DNA of 64,000 bases, taken from IMG/VR virus record IMGVR_UViG_3300006169_000009, positions 42,056-106,055 of that record. One strand, given 5' to 3'. This DNA is from a virus (lineage: Duplodnaviria; Caudoviricetes). The notes under the pieces were generated by a model that searched no databases, was not told the origin of the DNA, and saw nothing but the letters and a program-made list of their open reading frames with translations. Shown here piece by piece: positions 25,913-38,482 of the stretch. Numbering within the stretch: position 1 is the stretch's first letter; each line of letters starts with the position of its first letter. The position numbers and the translations under genes were made by a program.

Positions 25913-28900
25913 TGGGCCAGGACTTCCTCGGTGATCCGGGCCAGACGGTAGGCTCCGTTGCGGCCCACCTTGCGCTCACGGGCGTTGGCCTTGACCACCC
26001 AGGTCTTCTCGAACTCCACGTCGGAGGGAGAGACCGTCTCCACGTCGGTCCATGGGTCGGTGAGCCTTTCCCGGAACTGCAGCATGACGGGGGCTTGCAC
26101 CGTCGGGATCTCGTTGTCTGGACCACCCAACGTCAGCGTGGCTCCCGCAGGCAGCGAGATCTCGCTGTGGGTGACGGTGACGTTCGACCAGGCATGTAGG
26201 CGGCCTCGTGTCGTACCTGGAGCGCGGCCCTTGTGCAGACCTTCATGCCCCCACTGCAGGCAGCACTTGATCTCGGGCTCTTCGGGCTTGGTGGAGGGGC
26301 AGGGGTCGGGCAGCATCAGATCTCCTCGCGAAGTCGGGTCTTAATGTCCTCGCGAAGCGCCTCGGCATGCTTGTCGGCGGAGACGTCGAGGATCTCGGAG
26401 AGGTTGTAGTTGCGCTGGGTGGTCTTGTCCACGATCAGCAGAGCCTCCTTGAAGGCCTCCCGGCGTACCCAGTCTACGTAGGCGTCCAGTTCGGCCAGGA
26501 AGCCGACCACAGTGGTTCCGGTCTTGGCCGTACCGTCACGTCCGTGTGGACGGTGTTCAAGCAGGCCCTGGGGCTTGTTCCACATGCCGGTGACCAGCAG
26601 AGGTGCGACGTGGTGGTGTGGGTGGGTCATACAGATAGGTTCCCCTTTCGGAGACTATCTGTCAAGACCCCTACCAGGAATGATGGCGGTGTCTGTGCCC
26701 GTGCGGGATCCGGTGCCACCAGCGGCGATAGAAGAAGTAGCCCGCCACTACGGCAAGCGGCAGCAGAAGCAGGGCAGCAATCAAGATGTCCACGTTCGGA
26801 CTCCCTGTCAGCCCCCAAGACACTGAGCGACCGGGCAGTCAGCCCAGATCGCGATGAGACTGAGGATCGACAGCATGGCTCCGCCGATGCCGACTACGGT
26901 CCCGAAGACATACCACCAGCCGGACTTGTCCTTGTCGAAGTGCTTGCTCATGAGCCATCCCGCGACCATGGTGTTGGCAACGAGGTATGCGACCAGCAGA
27001 ACGCTCGCGAAGATGTTCATCCCCACGCTGTCGAAGAATGCGCTCCAGTCCACACATCCAGCCTACTCCCAGTGGCGGGACAGGAAGTAGCCAGCGACCA
27101 GGCAGCAGATAGCGGCTCCGCCGAGGACGAGGAAGGCTACCCACCCCATCAATCCGGGTCCTGGTCGTCGTAGTCGTCCAGCGTTTCGATGTCGGTGGGG
27201 TCGACCCGAGGGACGTAGATCTTGCGGACCTCGACCTCGGGCACCGGCTCCTCATCACTGAAGGTGATGGTGTGCTGTACGCCGCGTGCCCAGCGTGTGG
27301 TGATCTGCCAGCCCTGGACGGTCATACCACTCGCTCGCTGTGCGTGCGCTCGACCAGCCGCAGGTTGCTGGGGAGGTGGATCGGGTCGTAGGCGACCTGA
27401 TCCTGGTAGAACCGCTGGGCTCGTGCAAGGTTGAAGCGACGAGGCACCGCGACGTAGTCGTACCACTCGCTATCCCCGGGATTCCGATTCTGGATCATGT
27501 AGGTGGTCCAGCCTTCGCGGGTGTGCGAGGGGACGGTGCAGATTCCCTCGGAAGTAAATTTCACGTCCCCGGACTGGACTGATCCCACGACCGGCTTGCG
27601 GACCATTCCGTTGACTACCTCTTCCAGGTAGGCTAGGCGGTCTCGCAGATCCTGCTCTCGCTGCTCCAGGCTGATGATCCGGTTGTGATACCGCTCATGT
27701 GCCTGACGGTCGTAGGCGATCATGTTGCGAGCCTTCTGGTCAATTGCCATAGTGCTGTCTCCTCAGTTCGTTGGCGACCTCGTAGAGCGCGTCCCCGCGC
27801 TCGTGGCGGTTGTAGGCGTGCTCGCGGGTGGCCTGGGCAACCAGCGCCTCGCGCACGATCCGGTAGCGCTCCTCGCTCAGCAGCAGGGTATACCGGTCCG
27901 GCATCGAGGAGTAGGTGTCTCGCAGACTTCGGAAGAACGACCTCACGAAATACCCTCTTCACGCATGCGCTCATCCTTGGCCGCACCTCGAAGCACATCG
28001 CAGATGACAGCCTCGGCGCGAGCAATCGCGGCTTGCTGAGCCTCTCGACACTCACGAGCCGTTCCTATCGACACATCCATGAGGTCGACACCGCGAGCAC
28101 GAGCCTCATCGCCGTAGAAGCGCGTGATCAGCCCGTCGTTGAATCGGAACAGGTATCGCTCATCCGAGCGATAGTAGGGCACAAGATCGATGATCTCCGG
28201 GTGCTCACGCAGGTAGCGGCGTACCGCTTGGTAAGCAGGACACTCCACGAACGCACTCAGTCCCCGCTCCCACGGATCGTCCTCGGCGTTCTGAATGTCG
28301 CAGTATCCAAGATTCATCGCAGCCAGGATTCCGCCTTCGAGACACACCTTGCCGGACTTGGTCTCCCACGATCCCTGGGTCAGGTTGCCCTCTATCTTGT
28401 CGGCTGAGGCCTCCAGAACCTGAGAGGTAGGGATGTCGCCGGGGTGGAACTTGGCGCGGAGTTCGTCGTCGTAGTTCATCGAGAAACCTTTCGGTAGGGG
28501 ATGACGACGGCCACGTGGCCGATGTCGAAGATCAGCGCCTGCATCGGTTGCTGGGTGAACGGGCCGTAGAAGATGTGCGAGCGCTTCTCCACACCCCAGA
28601 ACGAGGTGTGCGACCACCACTCAACGACTGGCAGCCGACGGCGTACGGATCGCAGGAAGACCGAGACGGGGTGGAACGAGGGAGTCATCGTGCTCTCTCC
28701 CGAAACAGGATGCCCTCGTTCTGCATCTCGCTGACCGCGTCCTGTCTCGCCTCAGGATCTATGCCAGCGCGCTCCAGCGCTCGATAGACCTTGGTCAGGG
28801 TCTGCTCGTCGTAGTATGTCGACTCGATCATGCAGGCTCCTTTGTGCGGGGGTCGATGATGCCGAAGGCGCTCACCAGCCGGTCGATGGTCCAGGAGGCG

Positions 28901-29148
28901 GTGGCGTGGCCAGGCGAGTTCGGGTACTCGACCAGATCCTGGGCCAGCAGGGTGGCGATGTCGGCGGCAGCACGCTGGTGGCGGGCCTCGTCCATCTTCA
29001 GACGGCGACCGAGGTTGTTGGCCAGTCCGAACAGCGCGGCCTCGATGGTCTCTCCGTAGCCGGTGACACCGTTCTTGGAGGCCTCGAACTCGGAGCGCTC
29101 GTAGATCCCGGTTCCTCGGCGGTGGTGGGTGATGGTGGTATCGGTCAT
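25909..29148 (-). CDS. Run of small hypothetical genes (25909-26316, 26316-26630, 26808-27053 membrane, 27149-27325, 27322-27750, 27740-27946, 27943-28479, 28476-28688, 28685-28831, 28828-29148)
   Basis: Chain of ORFs coupled by 1-11 bp overlaps. Confidence 0.6.
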
Positions 29149-29154
29149 GGGTCC

Positions 29155-29229
29155 ACAGTAGAGCAGCCCTCGGCGCAGCGCAAGAGGTTCTTCCACGCTC
29201 TTGACAGAAAGCCAAATGCGGGCCATCGT
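29155..29229. promoter_or_regulatory. Divergent leaderless sigma70-type promoters
   Basis: Minus: TTGCGC-N17-TACTGT-N6-ATG(29148). Plus: TTGACA-N17-CATCGT-N6-ATG(29236). Confidence 0.75.
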
Positions 29230-29235
29230 AGAGCC

Positions 29236-30997
29236 ATGACTGACGACCGCCACGGGACGACCGTGGACCCGCGCTGGGTGGAGAAGGGTGCACAGGCGCT
29301 ACTGGCGGACGCTGGTTGGAAGTCTGCCCACGACGCTGCCCGCGCTGTCCTCGCTGCCGTGCTACCCGACGTGCGCCCGGTGGTGGACCGCGAGACGCTG
29401 GTACGCGCCATGCCATGCCATCCCGACTGTGGCTCTCATCTCCGTGATCCTCTGGACGTTCGCTACCACAAGCACTCCTGCGATACCTGGCGCAGACGTG
29501 GCGCGGACGCTCTCATCGCCTCCGGCATCTGGCAGGACGCCGCCGACGTGCGCCGCCAGATGGCCGAGGCGCTGGCGGACGCGACGGAGTGGACGGTGCT
29601 CGGACACCCGGGTTGGCCAGGATGCGCTCCCACCTGGCGGCACCGAGAGCACGCCGAGGAATTCCTGGCGCGATACCCACATCCCGAGGCCCAACTCGCC
29701 TGGCGCTACCGGAGCGAGTTTACCCGCATCGCCCGCGAGACCGGCGAAACCAATACCCAAGGCCAAACCCAAAACCCGGGAGGTACCCCCTGATGCTGAA
29801 GATCCCCTACAACCCCTACCCCGAGCCCTCCAACGAGGGCGTCCCCGATACCGCCTACAAGACTTTCGAGGCCGCGATCCGCATCGCTCGTCGCCGGGCG
29901 TACTACAAGAACAGGCGCGTCCAGGTCTCCAAGCGAGACGTCGGTCGGGGCCGCAACTGGATCGTCCAGGTGATCCGATGAAGATCGGGCGGCGCACCTG
30001 GCTGCGCTTCCGTCGTGACCAGACCGACTCGACCCGCTCCTGGCACATCAGCCTGGTCCACAACACCGTCAACGAGCCAGCGACGTACCGCGTCCATGAC
30101 TTCGTGCTGGGGGCTCGCATCGTGGAGCCTCAGATCCCCGACCGCTGGCATCGAGTGCATGCGCGCTGTCAGCGCTGCGGAGAGCGCCGCCTGGTCTACC
30201 ATGCCGTGTTCATGGACGACCTGAACATCGGCCCCTGCATCCCCGACCGAAAGAAGGAAATCCGGTGAGCATCTTCAAGCGCAAGACCTCCGACTGGCAG
30301 CAGGCCCGGCGGGCTCAGCATCGGCCCGCGCCGGTAGAGGTACACGGCCTGCAGCCCATCTACATCCGCAACCACTCCGACGGGATCGTACGACTGGAGT
30401 GCGAGGTCACCCCTTCTGTGATCATCCCCGAAGTCGGCGCGGTGTTCACCGCCCGAATCGCCCGCGTCATCCGCGAGGTCACCGATGAGTGAGCACCGCC
30501 GCCCCGTGCCCCTGGTACGCCTGTACGGCACCGTGTGGTGCATCACGTGCCAGCACCCCCACATTCCCGATATTCCGGCGGTCACCTTCCGCTGTGCCTC
30601 CGAGTGCGGGTTCGGCTCCTGGTCTGTCGACCTGGCCGGTATCCACGCCGACATGTACCCCGACCATCTCGTCTACCCGATAATCCATACCGTGGTCGCT
30701 GAGCAGGAGCAGGGAGGCATCTACTGATGGACCTGGAGAACAACGGCAACGTGTACGTGTGCGAGGAGAAGCACTTCACCTTGGCATACCGAAATCCAGG
30801 TCAGTGCCCTGTGTGCTTCTGCCCGACGTGGTTCTGGCGTAAGGCAGCATCCTGATGGACAAGGTGCTCATGTTCTGGCTGGTCGTCTACGCGCTGCTCT
30901 GGCTCTACCTGGCCGCTAAACCCTAATGGATATCGTCGTGTTCGGTGTCGTAGTCGTGGTGGCGGGCGTCGTGGGGCTCATCGCTACGTGGCGCTGA
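29236..30997 (+). CDS. Plus-strand operon of small genes (29236-29793, 29793-29981, 29978-30268, 30265-30492, 30485-30727 and tiny downstream ORFs)
   Basis: Translationally coupled TGATG/ATGA junctions downstream of a TTGACA promoter. Confidence 0.65.
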
Positions 30998-31508
30998 CAC
31001 TGGTGAGTGTCGAGTCAGTCAGACACTGGGGCACTGCCTAATCGATATGCCCCCCCAAATTCCGGGCACTGCCTTATGGGGGCATCAAAAACATATCCGA
31101 GGGACCAGGCCACCCCCTTCGGCCCCAGGAAAAGATTTAACGGTGGGGGGTCTTGACAGCCTACATGTCAACCCCTGTGTCACCAGGTGGACAGACGCCC
31201 TGCTCGCCCCGAGTTTGGCCGCCATATGGATTTGGGGTTGACAAGGAGGGGCCTAGTTGCTCCATATGCGGGAAGTAGGGGGCTGGCTGACAGGAGGCAC
31301 TGTGGAGTGGGGGCGCTGGGAGAGCGTGGTTGAGTGGCCTGGACACGGGTGGGGTGTTGGGGATATGCAGTTACTCATGGCCGCTGCTCCGCAGCAATAT
31401 CGTATTGCTCATCAGGCTCAGCACACACAGTCGGGCAGTCAGTCTGAGAGTGACCGGTGCCACGCAGATGCACACCTGCCTGCTCGCATAGTGTCTGGTC
31501 GGTGTCTC

Positions 31509-34500
31509 TCATTGGGTACTCTCGCCTTCCCCCAAATTGCGTCCCAGGCTGTCATCGAGCGGGGCTGCCATGGAGAGCGAGAAGTCGTGCGCCCAGTCTT
31601 GGGTGTAGTTGCACAGCCCGCTTCCACAGAACCAGCCCGCACGAGTAGGCACCAGCAGGGCCTCACCGATATGCTGCGGCTCCGGGCATGTGTATGGGTG
31701 GAACTGGTCCTCGTTCTGCCAGCGCAACAGGCTCTCGACCTGCTCACGTGTCCACGGTGCCTTGACCTTCATGGTGTACTCTCGCCTTCCCCGGTTTCGG
31801 TTTCGGTCCAGCGCTTGCGTGTGCAGGGGACATGGTCACGCTCACAGTCAGGCGGGCACGGCGGTGGCCCTTCACGCAGCAGGTACTCCACAGCGCTGTC
31901 CGGGTACATGTCCCATGAGCCTGTCATGTCTTCTTCACCTTCTGCTCTCCCACGATCTTGTGTGCGGCTGCCCAGTGGGCTCGCTCAACGCGCAAAGCGT
32001 AATAGCGCTCCTGGCAGTCGCATGGAAATGTGCCCGGACACCAGCCCAACTTGTGGGTGACCAGCAGATGCTCGACACGTACCCACAGCGGTCCTGGTGG
32101 GGCTGTGTTGATGATCTCTTCCAGGCGTAGCCGGTAGTCAACATCAGAGGTGTTGGTTATGGACACGGTCATGATGGATGCTCTCGCCTTCCCCGGTTTC
32201 GGTTTGCGGGCTCTCAGGTAGCAGCGTGCGCTGGTATGCATCCCAGACGAGGATGGTCATGCTCTTGCCGCCTCTCTTAGCCCGGCTCATGGTGGTAGGA
32301 GCGCCAGGCCGGTATTGCCATCTGCGCAGCACCTCAGCCTGCCAGGGGAGCAGATCGATGCCTAGATGGTCTCGTGCCCATTCCACGATGTCGGGCGTGG
32401 TGGTCACAGGATGCCTCCGGCGAAGATGACCACCAGCGCACCGAGGAGACAGAACAGGATGGTCGCACCGCTGGTGATCATGGTGGCCTCGAACGATGTC
32501 CTGCGCCGGTATGCGTGTGGGCCTGCCAGTAGCCTTCGGCTCGTCTCGTCCCCGAACTTGGAGATGCTGTCGAGCAGCAGACGGCACATCTCGCAATATC
32601 CGTTTGCGGCCAGAGTGAGACCATGGGCTGCCAGCCCGTCAGCGTCCAGGTAGCATCCGACGCATGAGGTGTGTGTAGGCGTGGCCGATCCCCACGCTTG
32701 GGTCACGATGTCGGTCAGGATGCTCTCACTCTCCTGGATCTGCCGCACGTACCCGCCCATGGAGTAGGTGTGACCGCTCATGATCATCGCTGCCACCTCC
32801 AGGGAGCGAACTGCTCGGCCCAGTACTGGCGCTCCTTGTTGAGCAGCGCGTCGTGGTACTCCTGGCTCATGATCACGGTGGTGCCGCCACCATGCGCAGG
32901 GTCGGTGGAGAGGTATGCGTGTGTGGGCACACCAGGCTCAGGGCCTACCTCCTGGCCCAGCCATTCGAGCACGTCAGCCAGCCCATGGCGCACGATGCGA
33001 CGTGCGTCCGTACCAGGGCTCGGGTAGATGGGGAGCATAGGCGAGATGACCACGGGGATGGCCGCTGGCTCATACACGCTGAGGCGGCCTGTGATCGTGC
33101 CTTGGATGTGTGGTGGTGTATGGATCATGGTCGTGGGTAATCCTGTCTGACCTTGGAGGCGGCATCCAGCATCTGGCCGGATCTGTGGTTCTCACTCACG
33201 ATGCGGCGAGCCTCAGCCTGCTTGTGGATCAGGCCACGGTGGAACGCTTGGTTGCGGGGCTCCTCGAACCATGGACCGGTGTCGGGTGCGTTGGTGAGGC
33301 GGTCACGTGCCTGTGCCAGTGCTGCCTTGCCTGCTCCCTGTGGCCCCTTGTGCTGCCCGCTTCCTACGCCAGCCTCCTGGCGCATCTCCTCACGGGTCAG
33401 TGGGCTCTGGTACCTGCTCATGCTCTGCTCCTACTCGCATTACTCGTGTTGCCGGGTAGTTCGTAGTTGGTGGGGTTGGGCTCGTGCGGTCCCTTGACGT
33501 CCCCGAACTGGGACCTGTTCACAGGCGGGTCGGTGTGCTCACGGTCATGGTCGATGGTCTGGTCAGCGGTGAGCCAGCGTGTGGTCCCACACCCAGGGCG
33601 AGCACACTGGAAGCGTGCCTTGCCGTACCCCTGGCGAGGCTCCATCTTGCGGTAGTCGCTCACTTCTGTGTCTCCCCATAGTTCGGGTTCGGGTCAGGCT
33701 GCATCTTGGCGTGGTAGGTGTTGTTGCACCTCGGGTCATAGACCCTGATCACGCGCACCAGCCTGCCGTCCTCGCCCTCGGCGGTGCTGTAGATGCAGGT
33801 ACAGGTGGCCATGGCCCTAGTCTCTCACGCGTGCGTTGACTCTGTCGATAACGACCTGGGCACGCCGAGACGGCTGAGAGGTCATGAACCCCTTGCCCTT
33901 GCCGTGCCAGTGTGGCACCGGGTTGCGGAACTGGGCCTCTGTGGGGTCCAGGAATGTCCCGTCGGGGCCTCGCAGGTACCAATGGCTCTCACCCTCATGC
34001 TGGATATGCATGGGCGTCCAGCCTGCGTCAGCGCCTCCCAGGAGGTGGTACAGCGCCTCGCTCGCCACGTAGCAGTGACCGGTCAGCGGGTGCGCTCCTG
34101 CGGCCTGCCTCTCCTGGTACAGGGTGCGCAGCAGGTCCAGGCTCAGCGCCTCCTGCACCACGCGCACCAGGCTGTCGAGCAGCATCTGCCTTCCTGCTTC
34201 GGTCAACATCAGGAGTACGCTCCTGACGCTTCGATGAGCCACATGATCGGCGTACCCAGCGTCAGGGCCATCGCAGGGAACATCACCAGCATGGCGGGGA
34301 CGAACTGGTGCGCCATCGCCAGCAGCCAGAAGATCCCCCACACGATGCAGAGCACCACGAGGTAGCCGGTCATGACACAGCCAGCCTGACTGCACCGACC
34401 ACGGTGGCGATTATCATCCACAGGACGAACGAGAAGGCGATCCCATAGAACCAGGCGCGGGGGCTCATGATGCGTCCTTACGTGCCACGACCTTGCCGTC

Positions 34501-35038
34501 CCGGATGCAGACATCCCCCTCGACCTGCCCATGCAGGTAGTTGCAGACGCCATCGAACTGGTCGTCACGAGTGCGCTGGTCGTGGGCGGCGAAGACCAGC
34601 ATCGCTACCAGCGCCAGGAACAGACCCAGCACCATCCAGCCGATGACCTTGCCCCAGGTGCCTCGATCCACCTTGACGCTGCTCATGACCACACCGCCAC
34701 ACCGGTCTGCCACGGAGCCTTGTGGCCTGCCAGCACGTGGTCACCCGTGCGCAGCAGGACCATGCGCCTGGTGGGCGAGGCCGACGGGTGCCTGGCCATG
34801 TCACCCAGGTAGAAGGCGGTCTCAGCCTTCATCTGCTCGTAGATGGTCTCGGTCATCCCAGGTCTCCGTTCTTGATCATCTGCTCTGCGTCGGCCATGCA
34901 GATCCGCACGCTCTGCGGGAACTGCCTCTTGATCTTCTCCCAGCGCTCGTCGGTCATCTCACGTGGAGACTGCGAGCGCTGCTGGTAGATCTCTCGTGCG
35001 ACCGCCTCGACGGTCAGGTCGCTGCCCTGAATCTCCAT
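31509..35038 (-). CDS. Run of small hypothetical genes (e.g. 31509-31772, 31924-32172, 32404-32796, 32784-33128, 33125-33421, 33418-33663, 34465-34686, 34853-35038)
   Basis: Coupled minus-strand ORFs; several Cys/His-rich or membrane. Confidence 0.55.
33817..34185 (-). CDS. Papain/transglutaminase-like fold protein
   Basis: GHCYVASEALYHLLGG...HWYL...LDPT, a putative Cys-His-Asp triad. Confidence 0.5.
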   Translation of the reverse strand: MLLDSLVRVVQEALSLDLLRTLYQERQAAGAHPLTGHCYVASEALYHLLGGADAGWTPMHIQHEGESHWYLRGPDGTFLDPTEAQFRNPVPHWHGKGKGFMTSQPSRRAQVVIDRVNARVRD

Positions 35039-35445
35039 CAGACACCGGTCCCGCTGCTGTTGATCCAGTCGTTCAGGGCGGGCTTGTGCTCGGGGCAGAA
35101 GCCCAGCACGCTCATGGCGATGATGGTGCCAGCCGCACGAGGACTCACACCGGCTTTCATAGCGATGCCGAAGATCTCGTCCACCGTGTACTGGCTGCTG
35201 CTGACGTCGAGCATGTCGCAGTTGGACTCGGCCAGGCTGCGCAGGTCGGACTCGGGCACCGCTGCCAGGCTCGGAGCCTGCTGGTAAGCGAGATCGATGG
35301 CTGCCTGCTCACGGTCGAATGTGGGCTGGGGCTCGGGGTCGGAGTAGAACTCACGAGGTGCCGGAGCACCCGGCTCGCTGTCGCTGGAGCAGCCTCCGAC
35401 GACCAGGGCCAGCCCTACGGCCAGTGTTGCGATGATGCTCTTCAC
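35038..35445 (-). CDS. Lipoprotein (DUF732-like)
   Basis: Signal peptide with lipobox VGGC; C-terminal FCPEH. Confidence 0.65.
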   Translation of the reverse strand: MKSIIATLAVGLALVVGGCSSDSEPGAPAPREFYSDPEPQPTFDREQAAIDLAYQQAPSLAAVPESDLRSLAESNCDMLDVSSSQYTVDEIFGIAMKAGVSPRAAGTIIAMSVLGFCPEHKPALNDWINSSGTGV

Positions 35446-35512
35446 GGTGGTGGTTCCTTTCAATGGTGGTTGACGTCTCATTGTCTCATGCGCAAGGGCT
35501 ATCTGTCAGCCC

Positions 35513-36340
35513 TTACGAGGTGATCCTCTCCAGTGCCTCGACCAGCAGGCGCACCTCGATGGGCTCGGCCCTGTGTCCCTTGTTGAGCGCGACCCTGACG
35601 TTGATCAGGGCCTCGGCCTCACGGTCGCTCAGACGATTCCTGGCGATCCCGTACTCCTCGGTGACCCGGTTGCCGACGTACTCGGGCAGGACGTAGATCT
35701 TCTGTCCTCCCCGCTTGTCGGCCAGCCGGGAGATCTGGCCATCCTGGTGGAGCACGCTCAGTTGGCCGCTGGCGACCCCGTGGTGGCAGTCGAACAGCAC
35801 ACTGGTCTCGCTCCAGGTGAGGCCTTCGCTGGTGAGCGCTCTGAGCGCTTCCAGGATGCCGTCCTGGACGCTCTGCTCGGTGCCGGGTGTCCTACCCCTA
35901 CGGCGTGCGTCCTCGCCTCCTGTGGCCCTGGTGGCGCTGCGCAGGGCAGCCTTCACGGCCTTGGCTACAGCCTCCGGGAAGTAGGCCTTGGGTAGGCCGG
36001 TGATCGTGGACCAGACGTCGTCTTGTGCCTCTAGCCCGTGGTGGCTGGCTGCCCATGCCAGGGCGTCCTCCAGGTGCTGGGCACGCAGACCGTTGTCCAT
36101 GATGACGAAGGTCTTCTGGGCATCCCGCTTGGCCCAGGATGGCTCGGAGCGGCCACGGACGACCAGCCAGGCCGGATCGACCCCACGGCTGCGCTTGCGG
36201 TAGGTGACGTATACCAGCGGGCCGACACCACGACGGCGAGCGAACGCCATCACGTCATCTGGGCTGGTGATGCCCAGGTGGGCCTTCAGGCTGTCTGCTG
36301 CGTTGGTCACGATGCCTGCGCTCCTGACCCGATCCCCCAT
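35513..36340 (-). CDS. Hypothetical protein with C-terminal winged-HTH
   Basis: GLTWSE...HHGVASGQLSVLHQDGQISRL. Confidence 0.55.
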   Translation of the reverse strand: MGDRVRSAGIVTNAADSLKAHLGITSPDDVMAFARRRGVGPLVYVTYRKRSRGVDPAWLVVRGRSEPSWAKRDAQKTFVIMDNGLRAQHLEDALAWAASHHGLEAQDDVWSTITGLPKAYFPEAVAKAVKAALRSATRATGGEDARRRGRTPGTEQSVQDGILEALRALTSEGLTWSETSVLFDCHHGVASGQLSVLHQDGQISRLADKRGGQKIYVLPEYVGNRVTEEYGIARNRLSDREAEALINVRVALNKGHRAEPIEVRLLVEALERITS

Positions 36341-36956
36341 GCGCGGTGCAGGAGGTCGGCGTAGTAGTTGCGGAAGTCGGACTCCCGGACGACCATGTAG
36401 ATGACGTCCGGGAACGCCTGAGCCTGGTCGGCGGCGATGGCGTCCTGCACGTCCTTTACCGGCCTGCGTCCCTGCTCGTCGTGGACCTGGGTCAACGCCA
36501 TGGCCGGGTGAACGTGAGACCGGTGGTAGGCCACGATCCAGCGGTTGCGCGGGTCGTGCTCGGGGCAGTAGAAGTAGCCTAGGAACTCGTTGGGCTCACC
36601 ACCGAGGTCATACTGGTGGCAGGGCGTGAACCTGTCATCGCTCTTGACGCAGCGCCAGCGGATGCTCATGCCTCAACCCCCAGACGCGCCATCTCCTTGT
36701 CGTAGGCCGCACGCACCGTGTCCTGGACGTGCTCGGGAACCTCGGAGAGGCCGAGGCCGACCAGCGTGCGCTCGCTGCGGCCCATGCTGCCGTCCTTCTT
36801 GGCCGCGAACGAGTGGCCCTCACCGCGCCAGCGCTCGCCGTTGTGGGAGAAGGTGAGGCTGTAGATGAACACCGGCCCGGAGACCCGGTCATCGATGAAC
36901 ACCGGCTCATCGAAGTCGATCTCGACGGTGATGCGGTGGTGGGTGGCTACGCGCAC
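36307..36956 (-). CDS. Two small hypothetical genes (36307-36669, 36666-36956)
   Basis: Coupled ORFs after GAAGGAG RBS and a promoter. Confidence 0.6.
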
Positions 36957-37038
36957 GGTGTGTGCTCCTTCGTGTGGTGGAGGTTCCAGTGTCTCATGGG
37001 GAAGGGGCTCGCGTCCACCCCTTCCCTGAAACCGGGGC

Positions 37039-37983
37039 TCAGAACTTGCTGGCGCACACCGGCCCGATCCCGGCCTCGATGCTCTCCTCGTTGGTGAGGC
37101 GGCGACCGCAGGCCACGCAGGTCCCGTACAAAGCGCCGAATTCCTTGGCCTGCTCCAGGGTCATCTTGTGCTCGGGGGTCAGGCCGACCTTGCGCACGCC
37201 GCCCGCGTACTCCCAGGAGCCGTTGCCCTCCTCGTCCAGCACCAGCCGCTTGGCGTAGAGGTTGGTCCCGGCCAGGTTGTACTGGACCTTGTAGACCACG
37301 TCGTCCTTGCGGTAGATGCCGTCCTCGACCTCGCTCTTGGCGACCATCTTTCCGCTGCGGTGCTGGACCATCTCGACCGGCTTCTTGCCGACCCGCTTCA
37401 GCGCGTCGATCAAGTCGCTGGTGTCCTTGGCGGTGGGGTGCGCGCCGTTGCGGACGTGCTCGACCTTGGCCTGGTCCGCCTCGCTCAGCGCGGCCACGTT
37501 CTGGCTCTCGACCAGGCTGCGCAGGAAGCCCAGGGCCTTCTCGGAGGCGAGGCGGGGCTGGTCGGCCTTCTCGTTCTTCGGGAGGAGCAGCAGCCACTCG
37601 ATCAGGTCGGACGCGTGACGCAGGTTCAGCGTACCCTGGCGGAAGGCGGCCAGCGCGACCTGCTCGCCACCGGTCGCGGGGATCACGCGGGTGTCGATCA
37701 GGTTCTGGATGAAGCGAGCCTGCTTGTCGGAGACGGTGCGCACCCGGCATACGCCGTACTGGTTGCGGTGGATCTTGCCACCCTCGGGGCGCTTGCGGTT
37801 GGGGTCGTGCTCAGCGGCCACGTTCTTGGTGTCCTCGATCACCACGCCGCCGAGGTACTTCTCCAGCAGCGCCTGCGCACGCTCCAGGTCGGCCTGCGCG
37901 CCCGGCTCGCCGTTCTCGACAGCGGCGGCGCACTCCTCGACCGCCTCGCGGGCGATCTCTACCTGGAAGGTGGTGGCAGTCAT
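37039..37983 (-). CDS. DUF6011-like Zn-ribbon protein
   Basis: C-terminal CVACGRRLTNEESIEAGIGPVC; repeated (A/V)S(D/E)KQ/A modules. Confidence 0.75.
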   Translation of the reverse strand: MTATTFQVEIAREAVEECAAAVENGEPGAQADLERAQALLEKYLGGVVIEDTKNVAAEHDPNRKRPEGGKIHRNQYGVCRVRTVSDKQARFIQNLIDTRVIPATGGEQVALAAFRQGTLNLRHASDLIEWLLLLPKNEKADQPRLASEKALGFLRSLVESQNVAALSEADQAKVEHVRNGAHPTAKDTSDLIDALKRVGKKPVEMVQHRSGKMVAKSEVEDGIYRKDDVVYKVQYNLAGTNLYAKRLVLDEEGNGSWEYAGGVRKVGLTPEHKMTLEQAKEFGALYGTCVACGRRLTNEESIEAGIGPVCASKF

Positions 37984-37990
37984 CTGGGTA

Positions 37991-38042
37991 GTCCTCTCTG
38001 TGGTGTCCCACCATTGTCGCATGAGGAGAGGACAGCGCGCAA
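37991..38042 (-). promoter_or_regulatory. Early promoter plus start-associated sequence
   Basis: TTGCGC-N18-GACAAT; 22 bp identical to 45823-45844. Confidence 0.7.
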
Positions 38043-38482
38043 GCAATCCACCACAGAAACTTACGCGCTGTCCTCCCGGTTCACTGAGCGAGGCGGGCTC
38101 GCTCGCGCTCGGCTCCCACCCCCTTCCCGAGACGCTGGTCCAGGAGAGCGACCTGCTGCTCAGCAGTACGACCCTCACGGGCCTCCTGCCGCTCAGCGGC
38201 CTCCTCCCGACGGCGAGCCTTGCGGATGCGGTCACCGGGGTTACGCACCACGGTCTCTCGCATCTCGCCGTAGGTCTCGACCTGGATCATCAGAACATCC
38301 TCCGACCGGCTGGACGTGTGGGGGCTGAACGGCGTCCCCTCCCGTTGCTGTAGCCGCGTCCTCGCCCTAGCGGCGTGGAGCGTCCGCGACCGTTGGCCAT
38401 GGTGGTGGCCTCCTCTCTGGTTCCGGCTGAGTGCCGGTGGGAGGAGCACCTCCAGGCATCGGAGATGCTCCCCCACAGGCCG

